64,000 nucleotides of DNA from an uncultured delta proteobacterium. GTDB taxonomy: Bacteria > Desulfobacterota > Desulfobacteria > Desulfobacterales > SG8-13. The notes below the pieces were generated by a model that worked only from the letters and a program-made list of their open reading frames with translations, ran no database searches and had not been told where the DNA came from. Position numbers and translations under genes: made by a program. Position 1 is the first letter of the stretch. Each line of letters opens with the position of its first letter. Location: assembly GCA_963848135.1 (NCBI GenBank), contig CAWKCK010000002.1, positions 186,001 through 250,000 on the forward strand, written 5' to 3'. Below are positions 38,600 to 48,778 of this stretch, piece after piece.

Positions 38600-40138
38600 T
38601 TAATTTTTAGACATTAACTTAAATGCTTTTCTAATCGAGAATAAGCAGGCTTTTTTAAAGCCCATACCCCTAATGTCGAAAACTTGTAGCTCTTTTATGA
38701 CTTTCAATCTTGCTTCGCGATCATTTTCAAGTTCCTTTATTTTCTCTGCATGTTGGATTGATAATTTATTAATAACCTGCATTCTAGATTTGGACATTGC
38801 ATCTGCAGAATCAAGTTTTATTCCAATTTCATTAATAACTTTTAGTCGTTCAGCCCTATCAGATTCGCAATTCTCAAGACGCATATTTAATATGTTAAAC
38901 TTTTCATTATTTAATTTAATTCTATTTTTTGATAGTCGAAGACAGTTAATCGCTTTCTCCAATATAGTGTATAAATCATTTATTTCTGGTTCTATTTTAA
39001 TTATTTTAAAGTCGCCACTTCCCTTCATATATTTAGTGTGAAACGCGTTTAACTCTTCTATAACGATATCAGGGGAAATTAGGTTAATACAAAACACTTC
39101 ATCATAAACGCAATTCCAGCCGCAAGTGAAACAAGGTAGAGGAAAGTAAAAAACACGGCCAGTCTTAGTCCGCGGGACAAATCTTGGCCAGGTACCACCG
39201 CCAAAAATTGCTATAACTGGTTTATTTAGTGCGGCTGACATATGCATAGGCCCGGTGTCATTCCCTATATAAAAGAAAGCCTTTTTTACGAGTGAACATA
39301 AAAGTGGAATATCTCCTTCCTGACCTATCCAGAGTTTTGGTTTTGCACCCAGCCCTTCAGATAATATAGATACTTTATCGAGGTTTGGTTTTTCCAATTC
39401 ATGACCAACAATTAAGGTTTTTAAATTATGATTATTTTCTAAATGAGCTATAATTCTAGCAAAATATTCTACTGGCCAAATCTTGTGGGACACATTGGCT
39501 GTACCAGAGGGGCAGCAAATTACAAAACGTTCCTCTGCGAGACCAATTTCCTGGATAATTTCATCGCCTCTGATATCAATATCTTCAGAAACAAAAAGCT
39601 GAGGGTTGGGAAGTTTATCAGGAAAGCCTTTAATTTGTTGCCATAAAACCTGGTATCTATCTGTTTCCAGAATATTTCTTTCTACGGGTACAAACTCGTC
39701 ATATGGACATGGAGAACTGTGAATCCCGAGTGTACCTAATATCTGAAGAAGATAGTCTTGAATAGGGGAAGGCTCTCCGAAAGCCACTCGAAGACATGAC
39801 GAAATCTTGGCCGCAACTAAGTCGTCTGCCCATGTGCGATCATATGTTGTAAAAAGGGCAAGGTCGTATACGCGATCAACAAGCTTTCCTAATAAAATCT
39901 CTGCTTGATCCTTGTCAGCTTTTCTCGTATGAGGATTTACTATGTTAACCGTATTCCAGTTCAATCGTTGTGGAAAAAGTTCCGCCAATTGTTCATAACT
40001 ATCCCTGACTAAGAGATCAATTTTGGCATCAGGAGCTTGCTCCAGGATGGCCCTGATAAGCCCTTCCATCAAAACAACATCGCCAAAGGTATCGAATCGT
40101 GGGAGTAAAATATTGCGGTATTTATCAAGTGCGATCAT
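38600..40138 (-). CDS. glycosyltransferase family 9 (heptosyltransferase-like) with C-terminal coiled coil
   Basis: RFDTFGDVV, KIWP, GNDTGPMHMSAAL, CFTCGWNC; tail with repeated E.DR..RL.VI. Confidence 0.85.
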   Translation of the reverse strand: MIALDKYRNILLPRFDTFGDVVLMEGLIRAILEQAPDAKIDLLVRDSYEQLAELFPQRLNWNTVNIVNPHTRKADKDQAEILLGKLVDRVYDLALFTTYDRTWADDLVAAKISSCLRVAFGEPSPIQDYLLQILGTLGIHSSPCPYDEFVPVERNILETDRYQVLWQQIKGFPDKLPNPQLFVSEDIDIRGDEIIQEIGLAEERFVICCPSGTANVSHKIWPVEYFARIIAHLENNHNLKTLIVGHELEKPNLDKVSILSEGLGAKPKLWIGQEGDIPLLCSLVKKAFFYIGNDTGPMHMSAALNKPVIAIFGGGTWPRFVPRTKTGRVFYFPLPCFTCGWNCVYDEVFCINLISPDIVIEELNAFHTKYMKGSGDFKIIKIEPEINDLYTILEKAINCLRLSKNRIKLNNEKFNILNMRLENCESDRAERLKVINEIGIKLDSADAMSKSRMQVINKLSIQHAEKIKELENDREARLKVIKELQVFDIRGMGFKKACLFSIRKAFKLMSKN

Positions 40139-40159
40139 AAAAACTCTTTCACTTAGTCC

Positions 40160-42341
40160 TTATAACCTTTTCCTCAAAATTGCTGCCCCAACCACGTAAT
40201 TATGGTGTGGTGCCGATTGTAAATGCCACCTTATGAAATCATCGCAATCATCCACATTCCACTGAGGTCTTTGTCCACCATTGTCAAATGCAGTGTTTTC
40301 CCAGACCAAGTCCTCAAATTCTTTCATCGTCAAAGCTTTTCCATTCCATTCCGGATAGGTCATGCCCATATCAGGTTCGCAAATGTCAAATGAGGCCGCA
40401 AACATACCATTTGGTTTCAAAACTCTGGCAATCTCTTTAATTGCCAGTTGCTTATCATTTTGATGTTCGATAACAGAGAAACTGGTGACTACATCAAAAG
40501 TGTTGTCCGAAAATTGCAATTGTTCGCTATCAGATATAAACCAATCTACAGGCAACATTGAATTCTTCTTCAGATCTTCCCAGATGTGAATCGACCGATT
40601 ATCATTTCAATTAAGGTAACTTGTGCGCCCAGTGAGGCCATGAACCATGCCATAGGGCTTAACTCACTTCCTATATCCAACATTCTGACATTGACAAAGT
40701 CTAACTATTCAAGCCATTGAACCATAACCATGGATACTCCCAAATTTTTGACCAGTTTGAAAATTGGCGTAAACCATACTTACCGGCAAATGAATTAATA
40801 ACACCCATAAAGCCAACAAAGGCCCCTGAGAAGGTTTCATGCAGGTTAGAAAGATACAAATTATGCCTGTTTAGAGGTCTTATTTTATCGAGGATATCCA
40901 ATTGAATCGCCAATATTTCATCTGATGGTAAATTCGTTTCTTTTTCAGCAAGCAAATAAAAACTCTGCAACCCATCTGGTTCTGAGGACGATTGCAAAGT
41001 CTTAAAACCAGATTTTTCAACAGCTTTAATGATACTTTTAGGTTGCGGAATAAAACGATGCCCTTCTCCAATCATAGGTGAGCCTCTATGCCAGAGCTCG
41101 CAATCAGGATGCGGTAAATAAAGGAATAATCTTCCTCTTGGTTTTAACACCGAATTCCATTTTAAAAGATAACCTATCCAGTCGTCGACATGCTCTATAA
41201 AATGGCTACTAAAAACATAGTCTAAACTTTCAACAGGTATATTTTCAATTCTGTTCTCAGTTCCCTGTCCCTGAATGTCGATAGGTATGCTGCCAGGTAG
41301 AGGCCAGGATCCACTACCATGGTCAATACCGTTGCCGCTCAAAATACGTAAGGCTAAATGAAAAATGGCACAACTTGCCCCTCCGACTGTTAAATAGTCG
41401 GGATAGAACTTATTTTTGTAAATCCAACCCCCTTCAACTGGTTTCAGCTCAGAATTTTCAGCCCACGCTGCTATTTGCAGGATTAATTGCTCTTTTTTTC
41501 TAAATGGTGTGGCTGAATATGTTTCTTTGAAAATACTCTGAGACGATGGTTTTGGTTTTCGAACCACAAGAACCTCATGGCATGTTATCCATTTTTCATC
41601 ATTTGCTAATATTTCCAGACCCACTTGTTCAAAAAGAACACTTATGCTTTTTCTGTTGAATATAAAAAGGTGTTCGAAGTCATCAAATACATCTTTCCAT
41701 CTATCAGCAAATGGTGGATTAAAATTTCCTTCATCTATGGGCGCCTGAATGATAGCAATCCCGTTATCATTTAATATCTCTGCAATTTTCCTCACAAACG
41801 AAACCGGGTCGTGAACATGCTCTAACACATCTATCGCCAAAAATAGGTCGCATTTAGGCAATAGGACATCAGGAAAAATACCGGTTCTAATATCTAATCC
41901 TGTTTGGCGTCGAGTCCACTTGGCCACATCATTAGACACTTCAATACCTATGGTCTGCCAACCATTGTTTTCCAGATGGTTGAGCAGGACCCCATGAGCG
42001 CAACCTGCTTCAATTGCCAGACCGAACTTTCGGGTATATTTGTTCACGAGCTTACACCAATAATCTAAACGACCATCTTTTATATCGTTTTCCGTACGTC
42101 CATCAATGGTTGGATGGCCTCTTTGAATTTGTCTTTCTCTCCAATAATTTTCAAGATTATATAGTGTTTTATAAAATGAAGGATTTGGAAAAGATTTTAG
42201 TACAAAAGTCCCGCATGATTCGCATTGATAATAAGCAGTATGAAAGGACGTTTTAAAGATACTCCCACCACACCAGCAAAACTCACGCTCAGTTCTCGAA
42301 AATAATTGATTGTTTAATTTATTACTATCTCGATTTTGCAT
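40160..42341 (-). pseudogene. triple-domain SAM methyltransferase split by two single-base frameshifts (pseudogene or sequencing error)
   Basis: ORF 40701..42341 (EAGCAHG; DHGSG) continues after a shift as LDFVNVRMLDIGSELSP...IE and after a second shift as DNRSIHIWEDLKKNS into ORF 40160..40558 (FSVIEHQ, ARVLKPNG). Confidence 0.8.
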
Positions 42342-42354
42342 GATCCAATGATAC

Positions 42355-43671
42355 CTATGATGTAAAATAAAACTGAATTTCAGTTGGTAGCAATGCAATT
42401 CCATAAAAAGGTAGCATTTTTGTTGTATCGTAATTTACTGTCAGTGGCCCCAAGTTTTCCACACGCTCATGAACAAAACCAATGTTAGGATTTGGACCAT
42501 TTGATGGTTCCCCAGCACCCAAAGAGAACGTATATTGTCCAGGTTGCACTGAAAAGGTAATTTCAAAAATTACACAAATCACATCTCCTTTTTTTATTGA
42601 AGGCAACCTATTATTTTTTTGAGTTGCGCCAGTACAAAAGACAAGATTTCCTATTCGATCAAATAAATCTATGCCAACATTAGGTTCTAAAACATCCTTA
42701 AGTGCTCGTATCAATATAGAAAAGTTTAGTGGTTCCATTAGATTTACTTGTGAGCTGTCTCTACCAAAAGCGTCAGTAACTCTGGCCGCAATTATTCTCA
42801 TTCCTCCCGCACCATTTTTGCGTGCCTCATCCTTGATGACATTGTTGTCAAGAATATCATCAGACTTCATACGACTTTTTTCTGAGGTCTGCATAGATGA
42901 TAATTCCCCGATACCATCGCTACTTGCTGCAGGACCAATTCCGACAAGAGCATAGTATCTACTTACCGCTTCGGTAGCGTCACCCAGAAAAACTTCTTCG
43001 CCCTGATTAAGAATGATAGCTCGCTGGCATAAGTTCTGAATTGCAATGGTATCATGGGAAACAAATAGGCATGTAGTGCCTTTTGATATTATGTCCCTCA
43101 TCCTGGCAAAGCATTTCTGTTGAAAGAAAATATCGCCCACGCTAAGAGCCTCATCAACAACAAGAATGTCTGGTTCGACACAGACCTGTACAGCAAAAGC
43201 CAACCGAACGACCATGCCACTTGAGTATGCCTTCACTGGCTGGTCCATAAACTCACCAATATCGGCAAAATCGTCAATTTTATTAAAACGCGCATCTATT
43301 TCCGAATTTTTTAAACCAAGGATTTTTCCATTGATATATACATTTTCCCGACCGGTAAACTCAGGGTTGAAACCAGCGCCAAGCTCAAGCAACGCGGAAA
43401 TCCTTCCATTGGTTTGGACCGTGCCTGAAGTTTGTTCTAAGATTCCGCACACGATTTGTAGAAGCGTAGATTTTCCGCTTCCATTTCGGCCGATGATACC
43501 AAACGCTTCGCCCTTTTTTACTTCAAATGAAATGTTGTTTAGGGCGTTAAACGGATGGTGGTATTTTTTTCTGAAAGGATGAAACGTTTCTTTGACCCTT
43601 TCAGCATGGCTATTAAAAAGCTTGTAGGTCTTGGTTAAATTTTTGACGCGTAACGCTAAGTTATCATTCAT
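42355..43671 (-). CDS. wzt: polysaccharide ABC exporter ATP-binding protein with C-terminal Wzt_C domain
   Basis: GRNGSGKST, YSSGM, VDEALSVGD, ~180-aa C-terminal beta domain. Confidence 0.93.
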   Translation of the reverse strand: MNDNLALRVKNLTKTYKLFNSHAERVKETFHPFRKKYHHPFNALNNISFEVKKGEAFGIIGRNGSGKSTLLQIVCGILEQTSGTVQTNGRISALLELGAGFNPEFTGRENVYINGKILGLKNSEIDARFNKIDDFADIGEFMDQPVKAYSSGMVVRLAFAVQVCVEPDILVVDEALSVGDIFFQQKCFARMRDIISKGTTCLFVSHDTIAIQNLCQRAIILNQGEEVFLGDATEAVSRYYALVGIGPAASSDGIGELSSMQTSEKSRMKSDDILDNNVIKDEARKNGAGGMRIIAARVTDAFGRDSSQVNLMEPLNFSILIRALKDVLEPNVGIDLFDRIGNLVFCTGATQKNNRLPSIKKGDVICVIFEITFSVQPGQYTFSLGAGEPSNGPNPNIGFVHERVENLGPLTVNYDTTKMLPFYGIALLPTEIQFYFTS

Positions 43672-43686
43672 AATATACTATATATG

Positions 43687-44490
43687 TTATAATACATCGG
43701 GGAATTGCGGTTTCAGTTTTTTGAAAATTATAGCTCCTGTGATAAAACATAAGATCGTTACTGTCCAAAAATACATTGTTAAGTAAGGGTGTTTCCAGAA
43801 GGGAGAAAAATAGATAAAAGACTCGCGGTATCCATTAACGATATAATACATTGGGTTGCATTTAATTACTGTTTGGATATTTTGAGGCATCATTTGGATA
43901 TCCCAAAATATAGGCGTAGCCCAAAATCCAACCTGGAGAACAACTGCGACAATTTGCTTAATGTCTCTTATGAATACATTTAATGCTGAAACAATCCAGG
44001 AGATACCTAATGCCAATACAGACATGCCAAACAAATAATAAAGAAATTGAAAATAATATATACTGAATGGCATTTTCTGGAAAACTATCAACCCGATGAG
44101 GACAGACAGGAAGACTATGTGAGTAATCAGAAATGAAACTAACTTGATAACAGGTAATATCTGCGAATGAAAAAGGGTCTTCTTGATCAGATGTGCATTG
44201 GCGACGACGACGTTAGCAGAACCGTTTACGATATCAGCAAAAACAAACCATGCAGCCATCCCCGCCGTCAACCACACAACGAATGGAACATTTTTCGAGG
44301 GCTGCACTTTGAAACCGACACTGAAAACAACCCAAAAGACAAAAATCATGACCAGAGGATTGATGAAAGTCCAAATAAAACCCAGCAACGATCCAACATA
44401 CTGAGTTGCCACCTCCCTTTTCGCCATGGTTAATATGAGATCTCTTTGCAAAAAGAGTAATCTAACGAAATAAATAAAACTTTTTATCAT
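43687..44490 (-). CDS. wzm: polysaccharide ABC exporter permease
   Basis: YVGSLLGFIW, RDIKQ, FWATPIFW, NPMYYIVNGYR. Confidence 0.93.
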   Translation of the reverse strand: MIKSFIYFVRLLFLQRDLILTMAKREVATQYVGSLLGFIWTFINPLVMIFVFWVVFSVGFKVQPSKNVPFVVWLTAGMAAWFVFADIVNGSANVVVANAHLIKKTLFHSQILPVIKLVSFLITHIVFLSVLIGLIVFQKMPFSIYYFQFLYYLFGMSVLALGISWIVSALNVFIRDIKQIVAVVLQVGFWATPIFWDIQMMPQNIQTVIKCNPMYYIVNGYRESFIYFSPFWKHPYLTMYFWTVTILCFITGAIIFKKLKPQFPDVL

Positions 44491-44509
44491 GTTAAGTCTG
44501 CCGCTACTA

Positions 44510-45493
44510 TCATTTCTTCAAGCCTTGCTTCAAAGATGAAAAATCAGCCTCCATCATCATCTCAACCAATTCCTCAAATCTGATTGTCGGTTCCCATTTC
44601 AATTTCACCTTACTTTTACTGAAATCGCCCATAAGTTCATTGACTTCGGCAGGCCTGTAAAACATTTCGTCTGTAACGACATAGTCTTGCCAATCGAGGT
44701 TAACGTACTCGAATGCTTTTTCAACAAACTCCTTTACTGAATGTGTCTCATTTGTTGCAATGACATAGTCATCCGGTTCTGGTTGATGAAGCATTAACCA
44801 CATTGCTTTGACATAGTCACCGGCGAATCCCCAATCGCGTTTGACATGCAAATTCCCGAGTCGTAGCTCTTTCTCCAAGCCTAGCTTTATCTTTGCTACT
44901 GTGCTGGTTATCTTGCGAGTGACAAACTCATATCCGCGACGGGGTGATTCATGATTGAACAAAATACCGTTACAGGCGAACAAATCGTAGGATTCACGAA
45001 AATTCCGCGTTAAATCAAAGCCCGCTACCTTGGAAATCCCGTACGGTGAGCGCGGATGGAAAGATGTCTCTTCGTTTTGTGGGGTCTCTTTTGCCAGCCC
45101 AAACATTTCACTTGACCCGGCGAAGTAAAATTTACAATCGGGACTTCTATCCTTTATGGCTGACAAAACGAAAAGGGTTCCATTGACATTGGTGTTTAAT
45201 GTAGAAAAAGCATCCTCAAAAGAATAGCTTACAAAACTTTGCGATGCTAAATGATAGCATTCATGCGGTCGGACCTGTTCGATTACATTGAATATGCTAG
45301 CATAGCTGTCGAGTGATGCTGCATGCAAATGAAGATGGTCGGTGATATGCCGAATGCGAACCAGTCTGTGGGCTGGGTCTTCGAGTGCAACCCGTCTAAC
45401 AATACCATGAACTTCATAACCCTTGCTCAGTAAATATTCCGCCAGATAGGATCCATCCTGTCCGGTAATACCAGTAATTAGCGCACGCATCAT
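44510..45493 (-). CDS. gmd: GDP-mannose 4,6-dehydratase
   Basis: ALITGITGQDGSYLAE, SSEMFG, YGISK, LFNHESPRRG, RDWG. Confidence 0.96.
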   Translation of the reverse strand: MMRALITGITGQDGSYLAEYLLSKGYEVHGIVRRVALEDPAHRLVRIRHITDHLHLHAASLDSYASIFNVIEQVRPHECYHLASQSFVSYSFEDAFSTLNTNVNGTLFVLSAIKDRSPDCKFYFAGSSEMFGLAKETPQNEETSFHPRSPYGISKVAGFDLTRNFRESYDLFACNGILFNHESPRRGYEFVTRKITSTVAKIKLGLEKELRLGNLHVKRDWGFAGDYVKAMWLMLHQPEPDDYVIATNETHSVKEFVEKAFEYVNLDWQDYVVTDEMFYRPAEVNELMGDFSKSKVKLKWEPTIRFEELVEMMMEADFSSLKQGLKK

Positions 45494-45880
45494 AGTGCAT
45501 CCTTGAGATTGAAATCGATGTGGTTAAAAATTATTTTGAAAAAATATACAACAAAGCCTTAGAAAAATCCGGCGTCAAAGCTCGAATATTTAGATTTCTT
45601 GTGCAGCTTAATTTAACTGCCTGAATTGATTTGCCAAAACTCATATTTCAGTTTGTTGCGGTAGCCAACATATTAAATCAAGTAAACCGTGTCAATTCAT
45701 TATCAGTTTTCGTATGTACAACTAACTGTTTTTCCAAAAAAACGTAAAATTACGGCCGCATAAAGCGAATAACCATTGCCGCTACTACATCATACACATT
45801 TCGCAGGGCTCCTTCGTGCCAGAGGTAAAACCGCGTGTACATGTTGTCTGCGACCAAATCAAAAACTGGAGACACGGATT

Positions 45881-47140
45881 ATGGATGTCATTATGAGCGC
45901 TAAAAATAAATTTATTACTTTTCGTGATCGATGCAGAAAAATACACATGGTAACGCCATTGCATATGGCATCAATGATTTCCCTGATGTTCGTGCTCAGC
46001 GGGTTCGTAACATCTGGCCCCCACATAAAGGCAATTCAGGTCCTTACTGGTTTGACAAAACCAGTGTCTATCACACACGCCAATGACGGATCAGGTAGAC
46101 TTTTCATAACTTTACAAGGAGGCAAAGTCCTCGTATTCGATGGCAGGCAGCTTCTGCCCAATCCTTTCCTCGACATCAGTCTCCTCGTATCCACTGCAGG
46201 TGAACAGGGTCTGTTTAACGTTGCCTTTCACCCGGATTACATCCACAACGGGTTTCTTTTTCTCAACTATACAAGAACAGACGGGGCCACTGTCGTTGCC
46301 CGCTACCGCGTGTCAGCCGACCCGAATGTTGCCGATCCGGCATCCGCCACTATTCTGTTGACCGTCCCCCAACCGTTTACAAACCACAACGGTGGTCAAT
46401 TGCAATTTGGACCCGACGGTTATCTATACATCGGAATGGGTGACGGCGGCTCATCCGGTGACCCATCCAACTTTGCCCAGAATCCGACTTCACTCCTCGG
46501 AAAACTGCTGCGAATTGACGTGAATAGCAGTTTCCCTTATACGATACCGCCGGACAATCCTTTCGTCGGAAGCCCACAGGCACGAAGTGAGATTTGGGCA
46601 ACAGGATTGCGCAATCCCTGGCGTTTCAGTTTTGATCACCAAACTGGCGATATGTTCATAGCCGACGTGGGGCAATTAAAATGGGAGGAAATGAATTTTC
46701 AGCCGGCCAGCAGTCCTGGTGGCGAAAATTACGGTTGGCGGCTCATGGAAGCCAGTCATTGCTATGAACCTGCAATTAACTGCAACAACGGTTCACTTGA
46801 ACTGCCAATTCTCGAATACGAGCATGCTCTTGGTAATTGCTCAATCACCGGGGGGTATCGTTACAGAGGTTTGAAAAACCCGAGGCTTTATGGTTATTAC
46901 CTATACGCTGATTTCTGTTCCGGGCGGATCTGGGGCGCAGTCAGAGACGATAAAGGGATCTGGTCGAGCACTGAATTGCTTGATTCTGAATACCGCATCT
47001 CCACATTTGGAGAGGATGAATCTGGTGAAATATACTTTGCACATTGGACGCCTAACGATAACAATGGTGCCATCTATTTAATATTACAAAAAAATAGTTT
47101 ATTACCTCAATTGCTGCTGTTATTACTGGAAATTCAATGA
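45881..47140 (+). CDS. PQQ-dependent sugar dehydrogenase (GSDH/YliI family) with Leu-rich C-terminal tail
   Basis: NHNGGQLQFGPDGYLYIGMGDGG, GLRNPWRFSFD, STFGEDESGEIY; ends SLLPQLLLLLLEIQ; start uncertain. Confidence 0.88.
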   Translation: MDVIMSAKNKFITFRDRCRKIHMVTPLHMASMISLMFVLSGFVTSGPHIKAIQVLTGLTKPVSITHANDGSGRLFITLQGGKVLVFDGRQLLPNPFLDISLLVSTAGEQGLFNVAFHPDYIHNGFLFLNYTRTDGATVVARYRVSADPNVADPASATILLTVPQPFTNHNGGQLQFGPDGYLYIGMGDGGSSGDPSNFAQNPTSLLGKLLRIDVNSSFPYTIPPDNPFVGSPQARSEIWATGLRNPWRFSFDHQTGDMFIADVGQLKWEEMNFQPASSPGGENYGWRLMEASHCYEPAINCNNGSLELPILEYEHALGNCSITGGYRYRGLKNPRLYGYYLYADFCSGRIWGAVRDDKGIWSSTELLDSEYRISTFGEDESGEIYFAHWTPNDNNGAIYLILQKNSLLPQLLLLLLEIQ

Positions 47141-47347
47141 CCTGAGCCAAGCCGGATGAATGGTTTGTGAAAAACACAGCGCCGGTTTGTAAACCCGTTA
47201 TGCCGTGCAACCATCCGGTCATTGAACAATGTTATTTAAAGGAATATCGGCCTTACCAGTTGTTAGCAGTTTACTGGTAGACCGGCACTGCCCCATGAAC
47301 TACAGGTACTTGTCTATTGTGTAAAATATTTGCTGAACTCATTTCTT

Positions 47348-48481
47348 TCACTTGATCGGCCCGAGCGGAGCTGCAGCAAATGTAAATTTGAAGAAAAGCG
47401 CGCCAGTCATTGAGCCAAGCGTATTCATCATTACGTCTAACATCGAGGAACTTCGCGTTGGAATCCAAGCTTGTAGGATCTCAATCATCAAGCTTATTGC
47501 AAAACATATCGCGACGGTAATAATAACACTCTGTTTTGATATTTTACCAGCAGATCCAACAAATAAGGCCACCAAAACGAAGCCAAGCGGTATGAACCCG
47601 ACGATATTCAATATAACATCTTCTACAGATTTCCTGTTGAACCTAAATCCACTCCATGGTGCCGTCAGGAATCTTTTTTCTAATATCGGTACCCTCGCCG
47701 GTATTTTCAGGTTTTGATTATGCCCGCTATGGTCAAACACCTGTTGGCCTTCTTTCTCATCGAACAAGTAAAGAGCTGCTGGGTTTTTATTTGACGCAAA
47801 CAAGAAGGTATGATCGCCAACCCATCTATTATGGTGTTGTGCAACCTCTGATCCTGTAAGAACAAATTGATAATATGCAAAGCCGTAGAGGTCACCCACC
47901 CATGGAGATTTGCAGCCTGCGGAGATGCCTATTACTACCCTTGATTTTTCATTACCCGGCATTTTGAGTGTCAGATCTTTCCTTGTTTTGACAAGTTCGC
48001 CGTTGCAATAGAGTTTCGTGCCGCTTTTCCCGGTTATAAATGTTAGCAAGATTTTTTTATTGTTCAGTGATGCCAGGTCAAATGCTAATCTTTTAGTTCT
48101 TTTTTTCCACGAATAGTCGTCGCCGTTCATGAGTATGATGTATGACCGCCACTGCCCCACTAATAATTGAGAAGTGTCAGAACCATTGTGAATAACGAAG
48201 ATAAATTTGAACCGGTTATCGGTTAAATTCTCGGGCTTCAAGGCAATTTCGAAAGAGAATTCTCCACTTTGAAAGCTATCCATTCCGGTTCTTCCTATGA
48301 AATGTTCGGAATGGATTATACCGTAATCCTTGAACCGGACACCGGTACTATGCTTCAGCCATTCGACGCCATTGGTAAAGACAAGCTTATCAGGTTTTAG
48401 CCCGAAGTAGAGAATCCCCGCTAAAATGATACCCAGCAATCCAAGAAAAAATCCACGATAGAATGGTTTGATATACATCAA
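47348..48481 (-). CDS. LamG/concanavalin-like domain + VanZ family membrane protein
   Basis: N-terminal TM, LamG-like KLYCNGEL...WVGDLYGFAYY, VanZ motif DVILNIVGFIPLGF...IEILQAWIPTRSSSMLDVMMNTLG. Confidence 0.85.
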   Translation of the reverse strand: MMYIKPFYRGFFLGLLGIILAGILYFGLKPDKLVFTNGVEWLKHSTGVRFKDYGIIHSEHFIGRTGMDSFQSGEFSFEIALKPENLTDNRFKFIFVIHNGSDTSQLLVGQWRSYIILMNGDDYSWKKRTKRLAFDLASLNNKKILLTFITGKSGTKLYCNGELVKTRKDLTLKMPGNEKSRVVIGISAGCKSPWVGDLYGFAYYQFVLTGSEVAQHHNRWVGDHTFLFASNKNPAALYLFDEKEGQQVFDHSGHNQNLKIPARVPILEKRFLTAPWSGFRFNRKSVEDVILNIVGFIPLGFVLVALFVGSAGKISKQSVIITVAICFAISLMIEILQAWIPTRSSSMLDVMMNTLGSMTGALFFKFTFAAAPLGPIK

Positions 48482-48662
48482 ACGGGATTGATATCCCTAT
48501 TCAAGATTCAATGACCGGTTGGTTGCACAAAATAATTGTTTCAAAGGACAGATTTGAGCAGATCAAAATCCATTCCTCCGGCGTTGCCTGAGGCCATTGA
48601 ATAAAGAATATATCCATAATAGGTACTGTGACTGAACCAATGGCCCTTGCGGGTGGCTTCAA

Positions 48663-48691
48663 TTGACAATCAGTCTTTCCTTTTGTAGGTT
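48663..48691 (+). promoter_or_regulatory. putative sigma70 promoter for the SGNH-FKBP genes
   Basis: TTGACA-N17-TAGGTT. Confidence 0.35.
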
Positions 48692-48778
48692 TAATTTGAT
48701 GACGATTCTCTTGTCAGCCGTATCTGTGCAATCGGATCCATGTGACTCTTGCCATTCGTTTAAAAGAGAGGAACCAAG

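Noticed and set aside
45655..45670. ops/JUMPstart-like GCGGTAGC near gmd
   Set aside because: Imperfect, and on the strand opposite to the glycan genes.
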